Assembly (NCBI GenBank): GCA_947482115.1 | Contig: CANKII010000001.1 | Location: 577,840 to 641,839 of the forward strand | Source: Fibrobacterota bacterium | GTDB lineage: Bacteria > Fibrobacterota > Fibrobacteria > UBA11236 | Reading direction: 5' to 3' | DNA length: 64,000 nt | Shown: positions 47,216 through 57,581 of the stretch, in pieces | Layout: each line of letters opens with the position of its first letter | Position numbering within the stretch: position 1 is the stretch's first letter | Translations under genes and position numbers: made by a program | Notes under the pieces: generated by a model | Databases searched by the model: none | What the model saw: only the letters and a program-made list of their open reading frames with translations | What the model was told of the DNA's origin: nothing

Positions 47216-49762
47216 TCAATCCAAAGTATCGTCCGAAACCCTGCCAAATCCGGAGGGGAATTTAATCGCTAAAAATCCCAGTACTCCAAACGCAATCCAT
47301 GTGATGTACAGCCAGACTTTGCGATAAGGATCCCACACGCCTTCGACTTCAATTGTATGCTCGCCAGCCGGAACTTTTAGAACAATTTCATAGGTAGCAC
47401 CGGGATAAAACGGAGTTTTTTGCCCGTCAATGCTTGTCTGGAGATAACTGTAATAGCTAGCTGCAAGCCGTACATAAGCTGGCTGGTTCAGTCGGATGCG
47501 ATAGTGATATTTCTTGGGATAGACTTTATAATCCAATAAATTCAAAACTGGACTTCCAGAAGCAGGTAATGATTCAAATGATGTGCCGGCTTGAACAAAG
47601 ATTCTTTTGGCAGTTGAATGCTCATAATCCAGATTCATGTCCGAAAAAAGTTGTTTTAATTCCGAGGGGTCTTCCTCATTTTTCCATGCATGAGACTCTA
47701 TACCTGAGCTGGCGATAACTGGAGTGTGATAGCGGAACCGCCCATCAATGTAAACGTCGTCTGTCTCAAGATCTTCCAACTTCGTGGTATCGAAAGTGTG
47801 AATTGGATCACCATGCAATACAACATCACGAAAATTGTTCAGGTAAAAATAATTGAGCGAGAAACTATCTGGAAACACATGTGGCTCTTTAAAATGGGTC
47901 ATTAACCAGCCGTAAAATGTTTGCCCAAAGATGGAACGTCGCGGACCTGTTTCTGGTTGGATTCCCAGTTCAGATGGCATCCCTATTCTTCTAACCATAG
48001 AGCCGGGTATTTGTCCGCTATAATCCCCCGCCTTTTCTTCTTCAATAAAAAAGTAATACGGAACATTTTCCCCTTTATCCAGATATCTTTTGCTTTCAGC
48101 TTTATAACGTTCCATGAAATTCCACTTGTCTTGAGTTGCGGCCTTGAAGGGAAACTGGAATGTTGTGGCTCCAACATCGAGCGCTAAAAAAACAAGCGGG
48201 ATAATACCCCAAAGATTTTGAAACCTTGGAAATTTTTCACTCGCCCACCGCCGCCAGATTAATATTCCGAAGCCGGAACCAGCCGACATAAAAAAAACCA
48301 AAAAGGCCTGATAGCGATGATCCGGAAAAATTCGTAGGAATGTGAGGCCAGGAACCCTAACCAGTTCGAAGTAGAAAAACACTACGACAATGCTTCCGAT
48401 GAGAAAAACGGAAATAAATTTCAAGGCATTCGAATCCAAATCAAATCTTCTTGATAGTCCAAACAGTCCTAAGAGGGCAAACAACAGTGGGACCAAACCC
48501 AAGTATCTGTTGAAAAAACTTGCCTTGGCAATTTTTTCGGCTTTGGAACCTTCCCCAATAAACCAGTGGCCATTGTACCATTGATACAGAACCTCGGGAC
48601 GTATCCTCATTTCAGGGTTAGCTTGAATGGCCTCAAAATTTCGGGCGGTATGATGTGCAGCAGATTCATTTTTTTGGACTATGGGCGCAGTGACCATTCC
48701 TGCTAGAATGAATATCTCAAGACCAAACGAAATTGCGAAAAGGATAAAAGATCTCTTTTTCTGAATACGGAGGGATCGGGTGGCTAGCCGGAAAAGGCAG
48801 TAAAGAGTGACAAGCCCCCAGACCATAGCCCCCCACACAAAGTGAGTGTAAACGATACCAGCCAGAGGAATTGCACACAAAAGAAAATAGCGTAACCGAA
48901 ATCTGCTTTCTGCCAATCCAAGTTCGAAAAAATAAAACGGCCACGGAAGGCATGCATATACGATGGATAATGGAAGTTGTCCAATACCGAAAACGTGATA
49001 AAAGTGCCAATAATTCAAGCAAAATGCGCAGCTCGAAAAAATCGCGGCATAGCGACTTCGCGTCAGTTTTTCGATCCAAAGAAACATCCCGATTCCAGAG
49101 GCTGTAAAAGCCACCCATAGAATTAATTTGACACCAAAATGCGAATTTGTGAGAAATGCCAAGACTCCAGCAAGAACTGAAAACAGGTTACCGATGTATT
49201 GCCTGCAATTCCATCCGGAATAGAACAAGGTGGAATAATTTGCGAAAGCACCCATTTTAAGAGAACGAGTAAATTCGTCAATACCCGCAACAAAAAATAT
49301 GTGATCAACAAAGAATGGAAACTCGCCTGGATGCAGAGAAAATCGGCAGAATGAAGCAAACAGAAATGAAAGACATAGGGCTTTTTTCCAAGTGCTATTA
49401 CCGATTATCTCCCATGTCCCTTCAAGCACTCGAAATCGAGCTTGCAAGTAAACCATGTATATGGGTATACCGATCAAAAGGACCGCTAAAAGTTCGTCTA
49501 AGCTGTCAAATCGAATGGGGGAATTTGGATTGGATAGGTAGGTAGTGAAGTCGGTAAAAGAACCAAATACAGTGTTTACTGCGAGAACCTGACTGAACTT
49601 CGTAAGCGTCACAAACTGAAAAACCCAAAGCAAAAAACACCAGCCTACGAGTGCCAATAAAAAGTGAAAACGACGATCCGATATGACTAGAATCTTTGAA
49701 CTTTCTGAGACTTGACTTTGGCTCAAAGCTCGCTGGATTTTAGTTCGCTTTTTACTTCCCAT
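47216..49762 (-). CDS. YfhO-like GT-C-fold polytopic membrane protein (probable envelope glycosyltransferase), lower GC
   Basis: 848 aa. About 13 N-terminal TM helices, a large extracytoplasmic C-terminal domain and a final C-terminal TM helix (VWLYITWIAFGVLGFLAIKF); this topology is characteristic of YfhO-family proteins. AT-richer than its surroundings. Confidence 0.45.
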   Translation of the reverse strand: MGSKKRTKIQRALSQSQVSESSKILVISDRRFHFLLALVGWCFLLWVFQFVTLTKFSQVLAVNTVFGSFTDFTTYLSNPNSPIRFDSLDELLAVLLIGIPIYMVYLQARFRVLEGTWEIIGNSTWKKALCLSFLFASFCRFSLHPGEFPFFVDHIFFVAGIDEFTRSLKMGAFANYSTLFYSGWNCRQYIGNLFSVLAGVLAFLTNSHFGVKLILWVAFTASGIGMFLWIEKLTRSRYAAIFSSCAFCLNYWHFYHVFGIGQLPLSIVYACLPWPFYFFELGLAESRFRLRYFLLCAIPLAGIVYTHFVWGAMVWGLVTLYCLFRLATRSLRIQKKRSFILFAISFGLEIFILAGMVTAPIVQKNESAAHHTARNFEAIQANPEMRIRPEVLYQWYNGHWFIGEGSKAEKIAKASFFNRYLGLVPLLFALLGLFGLSRRFDLDSNALKFISVFLIGSIVVVFFYFELVRVPGLTFLRIFPDHRYQAFLVFFMSAGSGFGILIWRRWASEKFPRFQNLWGIIPLVFLALDVGATTFQFPFKAATQDKWNFMERYKAESKRYLDKGENVPYYFFIEEEKAGDYSGQIPGSMVRRIGMPSELGIQPETGPRRSIFGQTFYGWLMTHFKEPHVFPDSFSLNYFYLNNFRDVVLHGDPIHTFDTTKLEDLETDDVYIDGRFRYHTPVIASSGIESHAWKNEEDPSELKQLFSDMNLDYEHSTAKRIFVQAGTSFESLPASGSPVLNLLDYKVYPKKYHYRIRLNQPAYVRLAASYYSYLQTSIDGQKTPFYPGATYEIVLKVPAGEHTIEVEGVWDPYRKVWLYITWIAFGVLGFLAIKFPSGFGRVSDDTLD

Positions 49763-49783
49763 AATTTGTTAATCCTAACAAAA

Positions 49784-52762
49784 TCACCGCCCCGAACCCC
49801 GAGTCAACAACGGCATAAGATACGGCTTCAACGTCACAAGTATGCTCACCGGCAACGCGCTGGTGAAACCATAATTTGCTGCCTTCGCCCCTTCCACATG
49901 CGCCGTCAACGTTCCAAAAAAACGATCGCCCAGATAGAACACAAAGGTTGCCGTGCGATTCACCACGCGTGACTCGACAAGCTCCCCTCCCCTGCCGAAG
50001 GTTTCAAACCGCTGATCTCCGGTCCCCGTTTTTCCGCCGAGCGGTAGAATCGTTCCATCAGGAAGTTTGAAGGCATCCCTGCCGCGCGCAGCCGTGCCAT
50101 TCTCCACCACGTCCAGCAGCGCCTCCTTTGTCACACGGCAAAGCTCCGGCGGCAACAGCGTATCCACCGGTGTTTCACCGGGTGCAAAAACAGTTTCATA
50201 CGGAGTTCCTGCAGCAAAATGCAAACGCTGCACCATGCCGGATGGGTAATGTTTTCCGTCGTTCAACAAAATCCCCACCAGCTCCGCAAGGGAGTTGGGC
50301 CGGTCTCCTGAAGCGCCAATGGAGGTTCCCAGCGAGGGAACGAGCGAATTGAACGGATAGCCCACGCGCTGCCACGCCCGGTGGATTTCCTCGAAGGCTT
50401 CCATCTCCTGAATGGCGCGAATGCGGGCATCCTGCCGGTCGTGATGATGTGTTTTGAAAAGCCACGAATATGTGTCGCGAACCGGCTGTTGCGAAGCCGC
50501 ATCCACTTCCTTCCAACTGGCATGATTATGCGATTTCAAATAACTCGCCAGCCACAATTCCAGCGGATGAACCCCGGCGACGAATCCATAATCCGCCAGA
50601 CTCCAATCCCTGTTGGAGTTTCGGGAATAAATATTCTCCAGACTGCCTGTGGGATGCAGGGAATCGCCCAGCGTATCCCGGATGAAACTCGCAAAAGATT
50701 TCGCCGAGTAATCCGGATAAAGATACCGGTACGCTGCCGCCTGACGCCGCAGACCGCGGCGACTCAAGCCTTGAAAGAAAACATCCAGCGCGGAATCCGA
50801 TGAAAGTCCCTTGTATTTGCGGAAGAACTTGGCCAGAAAAACCTTGCCTTCCTTGTCCGCAAACTTTTCCAGATAATGTTGCCGTTCCGGTGTGTCTCCG
50901 GAATCAAATACCATGGCTTTGGAAATTGGAGCATCGGCGATGTGAAAGTTCACAACATCCCGCATGAGCCGGACAAAAACCAGATTGATGGAATGACGCA
51001 GGGCGTCGCGCACGGTGAAGGAACGGTTGTTGTCCTCCGGATGAAAGTTCGCGAAAGTTTGTTCCCCTCCTCCCGTGAAAAAAGTCTCACGCGGATTCGC
51101 GGAGTATTTGCGTTCCATGCCGGCTTCGAGAAGGGCCGTCAGCGAAGTGTCCTTGGCCGTGGCCAAATCATTTGCAACCCAGCGGCTCAGGACATCCTGC
51201 GCATGAGCCGCCGTGTCTCTCAGCGCAGCGGGAGACAATCCCGCCCATTGATGATGGAGACCGGTGAGGATTTCCAGATAATGAACCAAGGTCCTCAGCT
51301 TGGCCGTCGATCCCAAATCCAGCTTCACCTGTTCATTGATATCAAGAGGTTGTTCGTAATTGTCCGCCTGAACGCGCAAAAGATTCCGCCCGGCGGATGT
51401 CTCGAACAAAGTGAAGCTGTAAATCACCTGATTGGGATCGCCCTTGTCCAAAAGGCGGAAGCCGCGAAGTCCCGCACTGTCGAGAAAACGAGTGTCGCTC
51501 AAACGCTTCAGGGTTTTCACCACCTGCGCCTGAACATTTCCGTCCAAAGTGGTGGAGGCCGTAAGATCCATCCGATCGAGATCGTAAAGCCTCTGTACTC
51601 CAAGAAGATGATTGAGCCGGTTGCGCACCGCATTGATGGCCTTGCGCCCGGTAAAGTCTGCGGGAATATCGTCATCTGATCGCAGCATCAATTTCGGTTT
51701 CGCCGCCAACGCTGCGTCACGCATCCCGGGCGACAGGATTCCTTCCTCAGCCAGTAAACGCACATAACTGTCGCCGATGGAATACAACGCTTCGGGACGC
51801 TGCAACAAATAATCCGAAGGACGCCGGTGGGCGATGAACAATTGCAAAGCCTTGCGGTATTCCAACCCGCGCCGGGCCATATCTTTTCCATGCAACGCGC
51901 TGTTCAACGTGTCTACGGGCGTGCTGTACCAAGCCGCAAGCCCGTCACCCAATCCGTTCACCTCGCCATATCCCGGAATCGCAGCAAGGGGAACCGTGTT
52001 CACATATTGCAGCAGGATGCGCTTGCGGGCCGTCAAAGTATTCTCTCCACCGAGATAGGCGCGCAAGGACGCGGAAAGCATTTGCCCGATTTTGTCGGTG
52101 CGCGTCGAAGTGCGTCCTTCACTGGAGTGGCGGTACTTTTCGATTTGAGTTGCAAGAGTGCTGCCCCCCGCAGCACCCGAGGGAAGCCCCAACTTTTTCT
52201 TCGTTTGTTCCGAGATCGCCTTTCCAAAACGAATCCATTCCACGGCGGGATTGGTGTAGGGATGCGCGGAGTCCAACAGATCCCGGTTCTCAATGAACAG
52301 GAGTGTGTTCGCTATTTCCGAAGGAATCGAATCAAAGTCCGGATAAATGCGCTGGGGGTACAGGGCCGAGTAAAGAACTTTTCCGCCGCGATCCAGGATG
52401 CGAAGCCCGGCCTGCATTTTTTCAGGATACGGCGCGGGCATTCCGGCGCTTGTCCAGCGCATCAACTCGGGAGAAAACCGGGTTTGCGATTCGATGTAAT
52501 ATCCCTGTTCGCGCAAAGTCGCCGCGAAAGCGGGAAGTTGCACATAACCCCGGCGCAAATCCTCAGGCCCTTTGAATGGGAAAACCACGTTGGAACTCAG
52601 GCCGTCTTCCAGTGAATAAGTCAACCTTTGCGCCCAGCGGGTGAACAGCCATGCCTGCACCCGGGAAGTTCGCGCTTCCCAAACGAGAATCGCAGCGAGC
52701 AACAGCAACAAAACGGCGATACCGGCGAGAAATATTTTCAGGAATTTCAGGAAGGGGGGCAT
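49784..52762 (-). CDS. Class A penicillin-binding protein (PBP1C-like; transglycosylase + transpeptidase)
   Basis: 992 aa. N-terminal TM anchor, a glycosyltransferase-51-like region (LLFIENRDLL) and transpeptidase motifs SxxK (GSTAKL), SxN (HSINL) and KTG (GGKTGTG). Confidence 0.7.
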   Translation of the reverse strand: MPPFLKFLKIFLAGIAVLLLLLAAILVWEARTSRVQAWLFTRWAQRLTYSLEDGLSSNVVFPFKGPEDLRRGYVQLPAFAATLREQGYYIESQTRFSPELMRWTSAGMPAPYPEKMQAGLRILDRGGKVLYSALYPQRIYPDFDSIPSEIANTLLFIENRDLLDSAHPYTNPAVEWIRFGKAISEQTKKKLGLPSGAAGGSTLATQIEKYRHSSEGRTSTRTDKIGQMLSASLRAYLGGENTLTARKRILLQYVNTVPLAAIPGYGEVNGLGDGLAAWYSTPVDTLNSALHGKDMARRGLEYRKALQLFIAHRRPSDYLLQRPEALYSIGDSYVRLLAEEGILSPGMRDAALAAKPKLMLRSDDDIPADFTGRKAINAVRNRLNHLLGVQRLYDLDRMDLTASTTLDGNVQAQVVKTLKRLSDTRFLDSAGLRGFRLLDKGDPNQVIYSFTLFETSAGRNLLRVQADNYEQPLDINEQVKLDLGSTAKLRTLVHYLEILTGLHHQWAGLSPAALRDTAAHAQDVLSRWVANDLATAKDTSLTALLEAGMERKYSANPRETFFTGGGEQTFANFHPEDNNRSFTVRDALRHSINLVFVRLMRDVVNFHIADAPISKAMVFDSGDTPERQHYLEKFADKEGKVFLAKFFRKYKGLSSDSALDVFFQGLSRRGLRRQAAAYRYLYPDYSAKSFASFIRDTLGDSLHPTGSLENIYSRNSNRDWSLADYGFVAGVHPLELWLASYLKSHNHASWKEVDAASQQPVRDTYSWLFKTHHHDRQDARIRAIQEMEAFEEIHRAWQRVGYPFNSLVPSLGTSIGASGDRPNSLAELVGILLNDGKHYPSGMVQRLHFAAGTPYETVFAPGETPVDTLLPPELCRVTKEALLDVVENGTAARGRDAFKLPDGTILPLGGKTGTGDQRFETFGRGGELVESRVVNRTATFVFYLGDRFFGTLTAHVEGAKAANYGFTSALPVSILVTLKPYLMPLLTRGSGR

Positions 52763-52812
52763 GTGGTTGCATATTTTAGCATTCTTCGCCGTTCACCCGC
52801 TGGATCGACCCC

Positions 52813-53361
52813 ATGCCCATCAAAACATCCGAAGACACCGAGGACATTCAAAGCCTGCCGGCAGGGGTCCGAATCATTTCCCTTCTGGCAGGTGTGATTC
52901 TGATGGTGCTAGGATGGAAATCGCTGGTGCCGGATTACCAGCTCTTTCACAAGCTCACCCACATGGATCAGGCATACCTGCCCACTCCGGGTAAAATCCT
53001 GCAGGTGAACATCCGCCGCGACACCGCCGCCACCGGGGATAAATGCTATCCCGATGTGCTGTTCGAATATTTCGTGGATGGGAAAAGCATTTGGGGCTGG
53101 AGGTTTTCCTACGAAGATGAACCCCGTCACCGGGCCTATTGGGAAAAACGCTTAAGCCGGTATCATGTGGGAGACACGGCCACGGCCTATGTCAATCCGA
53201 AGGATCCCAAGGATTCCTTCGTGGAAAAAAAGACCGACAGTTTGCTGCGACCTTTGCTGAAAATTCTTCTCGCCGCCGCATTCATGGCGTTCGGAGTATT
53301 CCTCTTCGCCATCCCAGTAATTGCTTTTTTCGGAATGCTGTTCCGATCCAGAAAATCTTAG
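52813..53361 (+). CDS. DUF3592-like membrane protein
   Basis: 182 aa. An N-terminal TM helix, a central beta-rich domain and a C-terminal TM helix, as in the DUF3592 architecture. Confidence 0.5.
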   Translation: MPIKTSEDTEDIQSLPAGVRIISLLAGVILMVLGWKSLVPDYQLFHKLTHMDQAYLPTPGKILQVNIRRDTAATGDKCYPDVLFEYFVDGKSIWGWRFSYEDEPRHRAYWEKRLSRYHVGDTATAYVNPKDPKDSFVEKKTDSLLRPLLKILLAAAFMAFGVFLFAIPVIAFFGMLFRSRKS

Positions 53362-53367
53362 CGTGAA

Positions 53368-54330
53368 TTAATGTCCGCCGGAAGCTTCGGTGGCCAGAAA
53401 ATGTTCCGCATCCAAAGCCGCCATGCAACCTGTTCCCGCTGAAGTAATCGCCTGACGATAGCGTTTGTCCTGCACATCTCCTGCGGCGAACACACCGGGA
53501 ACACTGGTCAATGTTGAATCTGGCTCGGTGAGGATGTATCCGCTTTCATCGGTTTTGATTTGACCTTCCAGAAACGCCGTGTTGGGCGTGTGACCAATGG
53601 CATAAAATAAACCTTTGGCTTCGAGGTCATAGGTGTGACCGGTCTTGAGGTTTTTCACCTTCACACCCTCGAGATATTTCTCTCCGAATACGTCTTCCAA
53701 CTGCGCATCCCAAACCATTTCCAACTTGGGATTTGTGAAGGCGCGTTGTTGCATGGCCTTGCTTGCCCGCAATTCATTACGGCGATGGACGAGATAAACC
53801 TTGGAGGCGAACTTGGTGAGATAGGTGGCCTCTTCCACGGCGGTGTCCCCGCCGCCAATCACGACGAGCGGTTGGTTGCGGAAAATGGGAAGCGCGCCAT
53901 CGCAAACCGCGCAGGCGGAAATTCCCTTCTGCCACAAATCATCCTCATGCGGGACGCGCATGCGCTTGGCCGTGGCACCGGTGGCAATGATGATTGTCTT
54001 GGCGAGGATCACATCCCCTTCTTCGGAATACACCTTGAACGGACGTTGCGACAAGTCGACTTTGGAAATGGTTTCCGTGCGGATGCGGGTGCCGCAATGG
54101 ATGGCCTGCTCGCGCATGTGATGCATCAATTCCGGACCGCCGATGGTTTTGAAACCGGGGAAGTTTTCGATTTCGGTGGTGGTCGTGAGCTGTCCTCCAG
54201 CGGCAACTCCTCCGGCCATGAATCCTTCATAGAGAAGCGGGTTCAGGTTGGCACGGGCGGCGTAAATGGCGGCGGTGTGTCCGCCGGGACCGGAACCGAT
54301 AATGACGACGTTTTCGACAGTGTTGTTCAT
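53368..54330 (-). CDS. trxB: Thioredoxin-disulfide reductase
   Basis: FAD motif [18 protein letters not shown], redox-active CAVCDG and an NADPH motif. Confidence 0.9.
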   Translation of the reverse strand: MNNTVENVVIIGSGPGGHTAAIYAARANLNPLLYEGFMAGGVAAGGQLTTTTEIENFPGFKTIGGPELMHHMREQAIHCGTRIRTETISKVDLSQRPFKVYSEEGDVILAKTIIIATGATAKRMRVPHEDDLWQKGISACAVCDGALPIFRNQPLVVIGGGDTAVEEATYLTKFASKVYLVHRRNELRASKAMQQRAFTNPKLEMVWDAQLEDVFGEKYLEGVKVKNLKTGHTYDLEAKGLFYAIGHTPNTAFLEGQIKTDESGYILTEPDSTLTSVPGVFAAGDVQDKRYRQAITSAGTGCMAALDAEHFLATEASGGH

Positions 54331-54385
54331 GAGTTTTTAATTCCGTGTTTTTTCAATGAATGGATTTTTCCACAATCTAGAAAAG

Positions 54386-54403
54386 GAGGGGGAAATGCCC
54401 CTC
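54386..54403 (-). terminator. Intrinsic terminator (gagggggaaatgcccctc) with flanking A/T tracts, downstream of the beta-propeller gene
   Basis: Read directly: 7-bp GC stem. On the minus strand it is followed by cttttctag, which is T-rich. Confidence 0.5.
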
Positions 54404-54441
54404 TATTTTACACATAGGTAAGTGATTTAACGAGGTTTGAG

Positions 54442-56007
54442 CTAGCGGGAAGGAGTCACATAAACGCCAGCAGCACGACTGGCATCAGAACTACGCCGTC
54501 CTGAAACTGTCTTTAGGGGAGCGGCATTTTTGAGTTGCCCATCCAAGGATACGTTTACAGCCATCGCTTGATTTTTCTTGTTCGTTTTTTGCGCAAGAAT
54601 GGGAACGGGATATCCCATGGCTATGGGGGAATCGTTCTGTATTCGATAAACACCATTGCTTGGGGTGGCCAAATAGAGTATTCCTTGAGAACTGGAAACC
54701 ATGTCTATCACCTGCCCGCCAACAATAGTTGTGACCTTGCGAATGCCTGAAGGTGGAGTAAATTCATAAAGCCCCGAGGCGCAGGCGATCCACACGGTAC
54801 TCCCACTTTTGGGAAGAAGGGATTGCACAGTGTCGCTTGGCAAGGCTGAATTATTCGTTCGATACGATAACCACGTTTGACCTGTATAAAGACGTAAGCC
54901 CTTGCCGGTGAACATGGAGGACGGAGCGTCCATTCCCACCCAAAGAGTGTCCACCTTGCCCGCCTTTAATCCCGTGACCTTGATTCCACTTAGAGTCGTG
55001 GAATCGCGCGTCATCCATGCGCCCGACTGGATATTGCGGCCCGCCAAACCGACCGGCGTTCCCGCCCAGGCAAAGGTTTGTGTGGCCGCAACCACAGAGA
55101 CAGTAGTATTCGAAAAAGGTGTCAAGTAACGCGCTTCAACCAAAGTATCCCTGAGAACATTGATCCGAACAATCCCCTGATTGCTTCCCATCCAAGTGAA
55201 TTGATTATTTTCGAAACCGCTGCAGGAATAATAAGTGCCTTTTGAACTGAATGTTTTTTTAGCCCAAAGGATTCCGTTGGGAGTACCCACAAGGGGTTGT
55301 CCGGAATAAGTTACGCACAGACATTGTGAGGAAGATATCCCACCACCATTGTAAAATGTCCAACTATTCGTTTGCCAAAAAGCCATTTCATCGCCGACTG
55401 CATTATTAGCATCGGGGCCTACAACCCAAATTTTTCCGCTACTGTCGATATCCATATGGCGAATATTTCTAATCGTGGGAGGGCCATAGGTGGGCTGAAT
55501 ATGGGCGCATTCCTCCAACGTCAACCCAGATTGCTTCGCCCATCGCGCCAGTCGCGGATCTTTGATCTCACGGATATAGGCATGGTTCTGTTTGCGGACA
55601 ATGTCTTCCGCAAAATCCTTGTGTCCCGAAACGATCACCAAATACCCCACCGCGCAAGGCACGCCTTCCGCATCAATGAAATACGGAACCAAACTGTCGG
55701 GATAATCCCTGTTTTTCGGAAACTCTCCGCGTACCCAATATTCATGCAAAGCATCCAACCTTTGCGCACGGGCTTTCTTCTGCTCCACAGTCAAACCCGT
55801 CGGAGTATGCAAACGCAAATCCGATTCGACCGCCTCCAAATGTTTTTGAATCCGGAATTGCTCCGGCTCGGCCAGATTCACCCGGGATTCGTAATAGGAC
55901 TTGGCGTGGGTGTATGGAATGAATTGGACCGGATCTTGGGATAAGGATGCCCAAGTTGCACCCATCAGAAATCCCCCGATAGAAACGATAGAGTTGAATA
56001 GGCGCAT
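54442..56007 (-). CDS. Secreted protein with an N-terminal domain of unknown function and C-terminal Reg_prop-like beta-propeller repeats
   Basis: Signal-peptide-like MRLFNSIVSIGGFLMGATWASL (start moved to 56007). The C-terminal half contains repeated GxxW/YxxT blades. Confidence 0.4.
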   Translation of the reverse strand: MRLFNSIVSIGGFLMGATWASLSQDPVQFIPYTHAKSYYESRVNLAEPEQFRIQKHLEAVESDLRLHTPTGLTVEQKKARAQRLDALHEYWVRGEFPKNRDYPDSLVPYFIDAEGVPCAVGYLVIVSGHKDFAEDIVRKQNHAYIREIKDPRLARWAKQSGLTLEECAHIQPTYGPPTIRNIRHMDIDSSGKIWVVGPDANNAVGDEMAFWQTNSWTFYNGGGISSSQCLCVTYSGQPLVGTPNGILWAKKTFSSKGTYYSCSGFENNQFTWMGSNQGIVRINVLRDTLVEARYLTPFSNTTVSVVAATQTFAWAGTPVGLAGRNIQSGAWMTRDSTTLSGIKVTGLKAGKVDTLWVGMDAPSSMFTGKGLRLYTGQTWLSYRTNNSALPSDTVQSLLPKSGSTVWIACASGLYEFTPPSGIRKVTTIVGGQVIDMVSSSQGILYLATPSNGVYRIQNDSPIAMGYPVPILAQKTNKKNQAMAVNVSLDGQLKNAAPLKTVSGRRSSDASRAAGVYVTPSR

Positions 56008-56136
56008 ATCTCCCCCTCCCCAAGTCATTATGAATATTACGCCTGTCTTGACGATTATGATCCATGAAAAACGAAAAAATCGTTCGTAAAATTCGAACAG
56101 TGAAATTCTGACCCTCTAGAGGGTTAAATTGAACCC

Positions 56137-56928
56137 ATGCCCAGCCGAAATCCCCCCATCGTCCTGTCCATTTCCGGTTCCGATCCCAGTGGCGGAGCGG
56201 GAATCGAGGCGGATCTCAAGACATTTCACCAACACGGTGTTTACGGCATGGCCATTCCCACCCTGTTGACCGCTCAAAATACAGTAGGTGTTCAGAACAT
56301 TCAATTTCTGAACCCGGATTTTCTGGAAGAACAATGGAATGCCATTTTTGCCGACCTGTGTCCCAACGCCATCAAGATTGGCGCATTGGGATCGCGTGAC
56401 ATGGTTTTGCGCATCGCCAAGCTGCTTTCCAAAAAAGAGGCCAAAGGAATTCCCATCGTGCTGGATCCGGTGATGGGCTCCACTTCGGGAATTCCCTTGC
56501 TGGAACCCAAAGCTGTTTCCATTTTAATCAATCACATCTTTCCTCTTTGCCGTGTGATTACACCGAACACACTCGAGTTTTCCAAACTGTGTGGAAAAGA
56601 AGTGACGGCGGACAAAGCAGCGGAATTGTTGAAAGTCTTTGGCAAAGACAAACCCTATGCCATTCTTCTTAAAGGCGGGCATTTCACAGGCTCACAAAGC
56701 ATCGACCTGCTTTGGAGTCAAAATCGCATAACTCCATTCAAAAGTTCGCGACTGAACTTGAACGCACATGGCACCGGCTGCGTGCTGGCCTCCTCCATTG
56801 CTGCAAACCTTGCTCTGGGCCAATCCATTCCGACGGCATGCCGCAATGCCAAAGCCTTTGTCCATGAAGCCCTGACCTCGGCTCCGAAATTGGGAAAAGG
56901 ACAAAGAGTCCTGAATTTATGGGTCTAG
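56137..56928 (+). CDS. thiD: Hydroxymethylpyrimidine / phosphomethylpyrimidine kinase
   Basis: VLSISGSDPSGGAGIEADLKTF is a canonical ThiD N-terminus; ribokinase-like fold. Confidence 0.85.
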   Translation: MPSRNPPIVLSISGSDPSGGAGIEADLKTFHQHGVYGMAIPTLLTAQNTVGVQNIQFLNPDFLEEQWNAIFADLCPNAIKIGALGSRDMVLRIAKLLSKKEAKGIPIVLDPVMGSTSGIPLLEPKAVSILINHIFPLCRVITPNTLEFSKLCGKEVTADKAAELLKVFGKDKPYAILLKGGHFTGSQSIDLLWSQNRITPFKSSRLNLNAHGTGCVLASSIAANLALGQSIPTACRNAKAFVHEALTSAPKLGKGQRVLNLWV

Positions 56929-56987
56929 AGCAGACTGTTAACACGTAGATTTGAGTCTGATTATTTTATTCCCGGTTCATCCAAGGT

Positions 56988-57581
56988 TTGCCCATGAACA
57001 CCCAAGACATCCTCAAGAAATTTTTCCCCAGTGGATTTGACACACTGACTGAAAAGGAAAAACGGGTCGTTCGGCATATCTCCGAAAAGAAGCAAATCAG
57101 CCGAAACACCAACCAGGATTTCTCCGGTGAACTGACCTTCGGACAAAGACTCGCGGATCGCGTCGCATCTTTCGGCGGCTCGTGGACTTTTATTCTTTTG
57201 TTTCTGGGAACCCTGCTTTGTTGGGTCGCGCTCAACACCTTCGTATTGGCCAGACACGATTCCCAATTCGACCCCTATCCCTACATTCTCCTGAATTTGA
57301 TTCTGTCCATGCTGGCCTCTTTGCAGGCCCCCGTGATCATGATGTCGCAAAACCGGCAGGCGGCCAAGGATCGGCTCGATGCGGCCCATGATTATGAAGT
57401 GAACCTGAAGGCCGAACTGGAAATCATGGGACTGCATGAAAAGATGGACGCCCTTCGTGAACGCCAGTGGCAGGAACTGATTTTGATGCAGCAAAAACAA
57501 ATCGAACTGCTTACCCAACTACTCGACGACAAAATGCAATCGGAACAGGGTTCCTCAAGAGGCTCTTCAGAGAATGCCTGA
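56988..57581 (+). CDS. DUF1003 family membrane protein
   Basis: 197 aa. Two TM helices followed by a coiled-coil tail. The QAPVIMMSQNRQAAKDR segment is typical of DUF1003. Confidence 0.55.
   Translation: MPMNTQDILKKFFPSGFDTLTEKEKRVVRHISEKKQISRNTNQDFSGELTFGQRLADRVASFGGSWTFILLFLGTLLCWVALNTFVLARHDSQFDPYPYILLNLILSMLASLQAPVIMMSQNRQAAKDRLDAAHDYEVNLKAELEIMGLHEKMDALRERQWQELILMQQKQIELLTQLLDDKMQSEQGSSRGSSENA

Noticed and set aside
50876-52615. Plus-strand ORFs of 267 and 262 aa
   Set aside because: They are antisense to the class A PBP gene, which has SxxK, SxN and KTG motifs on the other strand.
56028-56137. Possible TPP riboswitch upstream of thiD
   Set aside because: The intergenic region is only ~109 nt and lacks the conserved CUGAGA / ACCUGAUC elements. 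Only a short palindrome is present.
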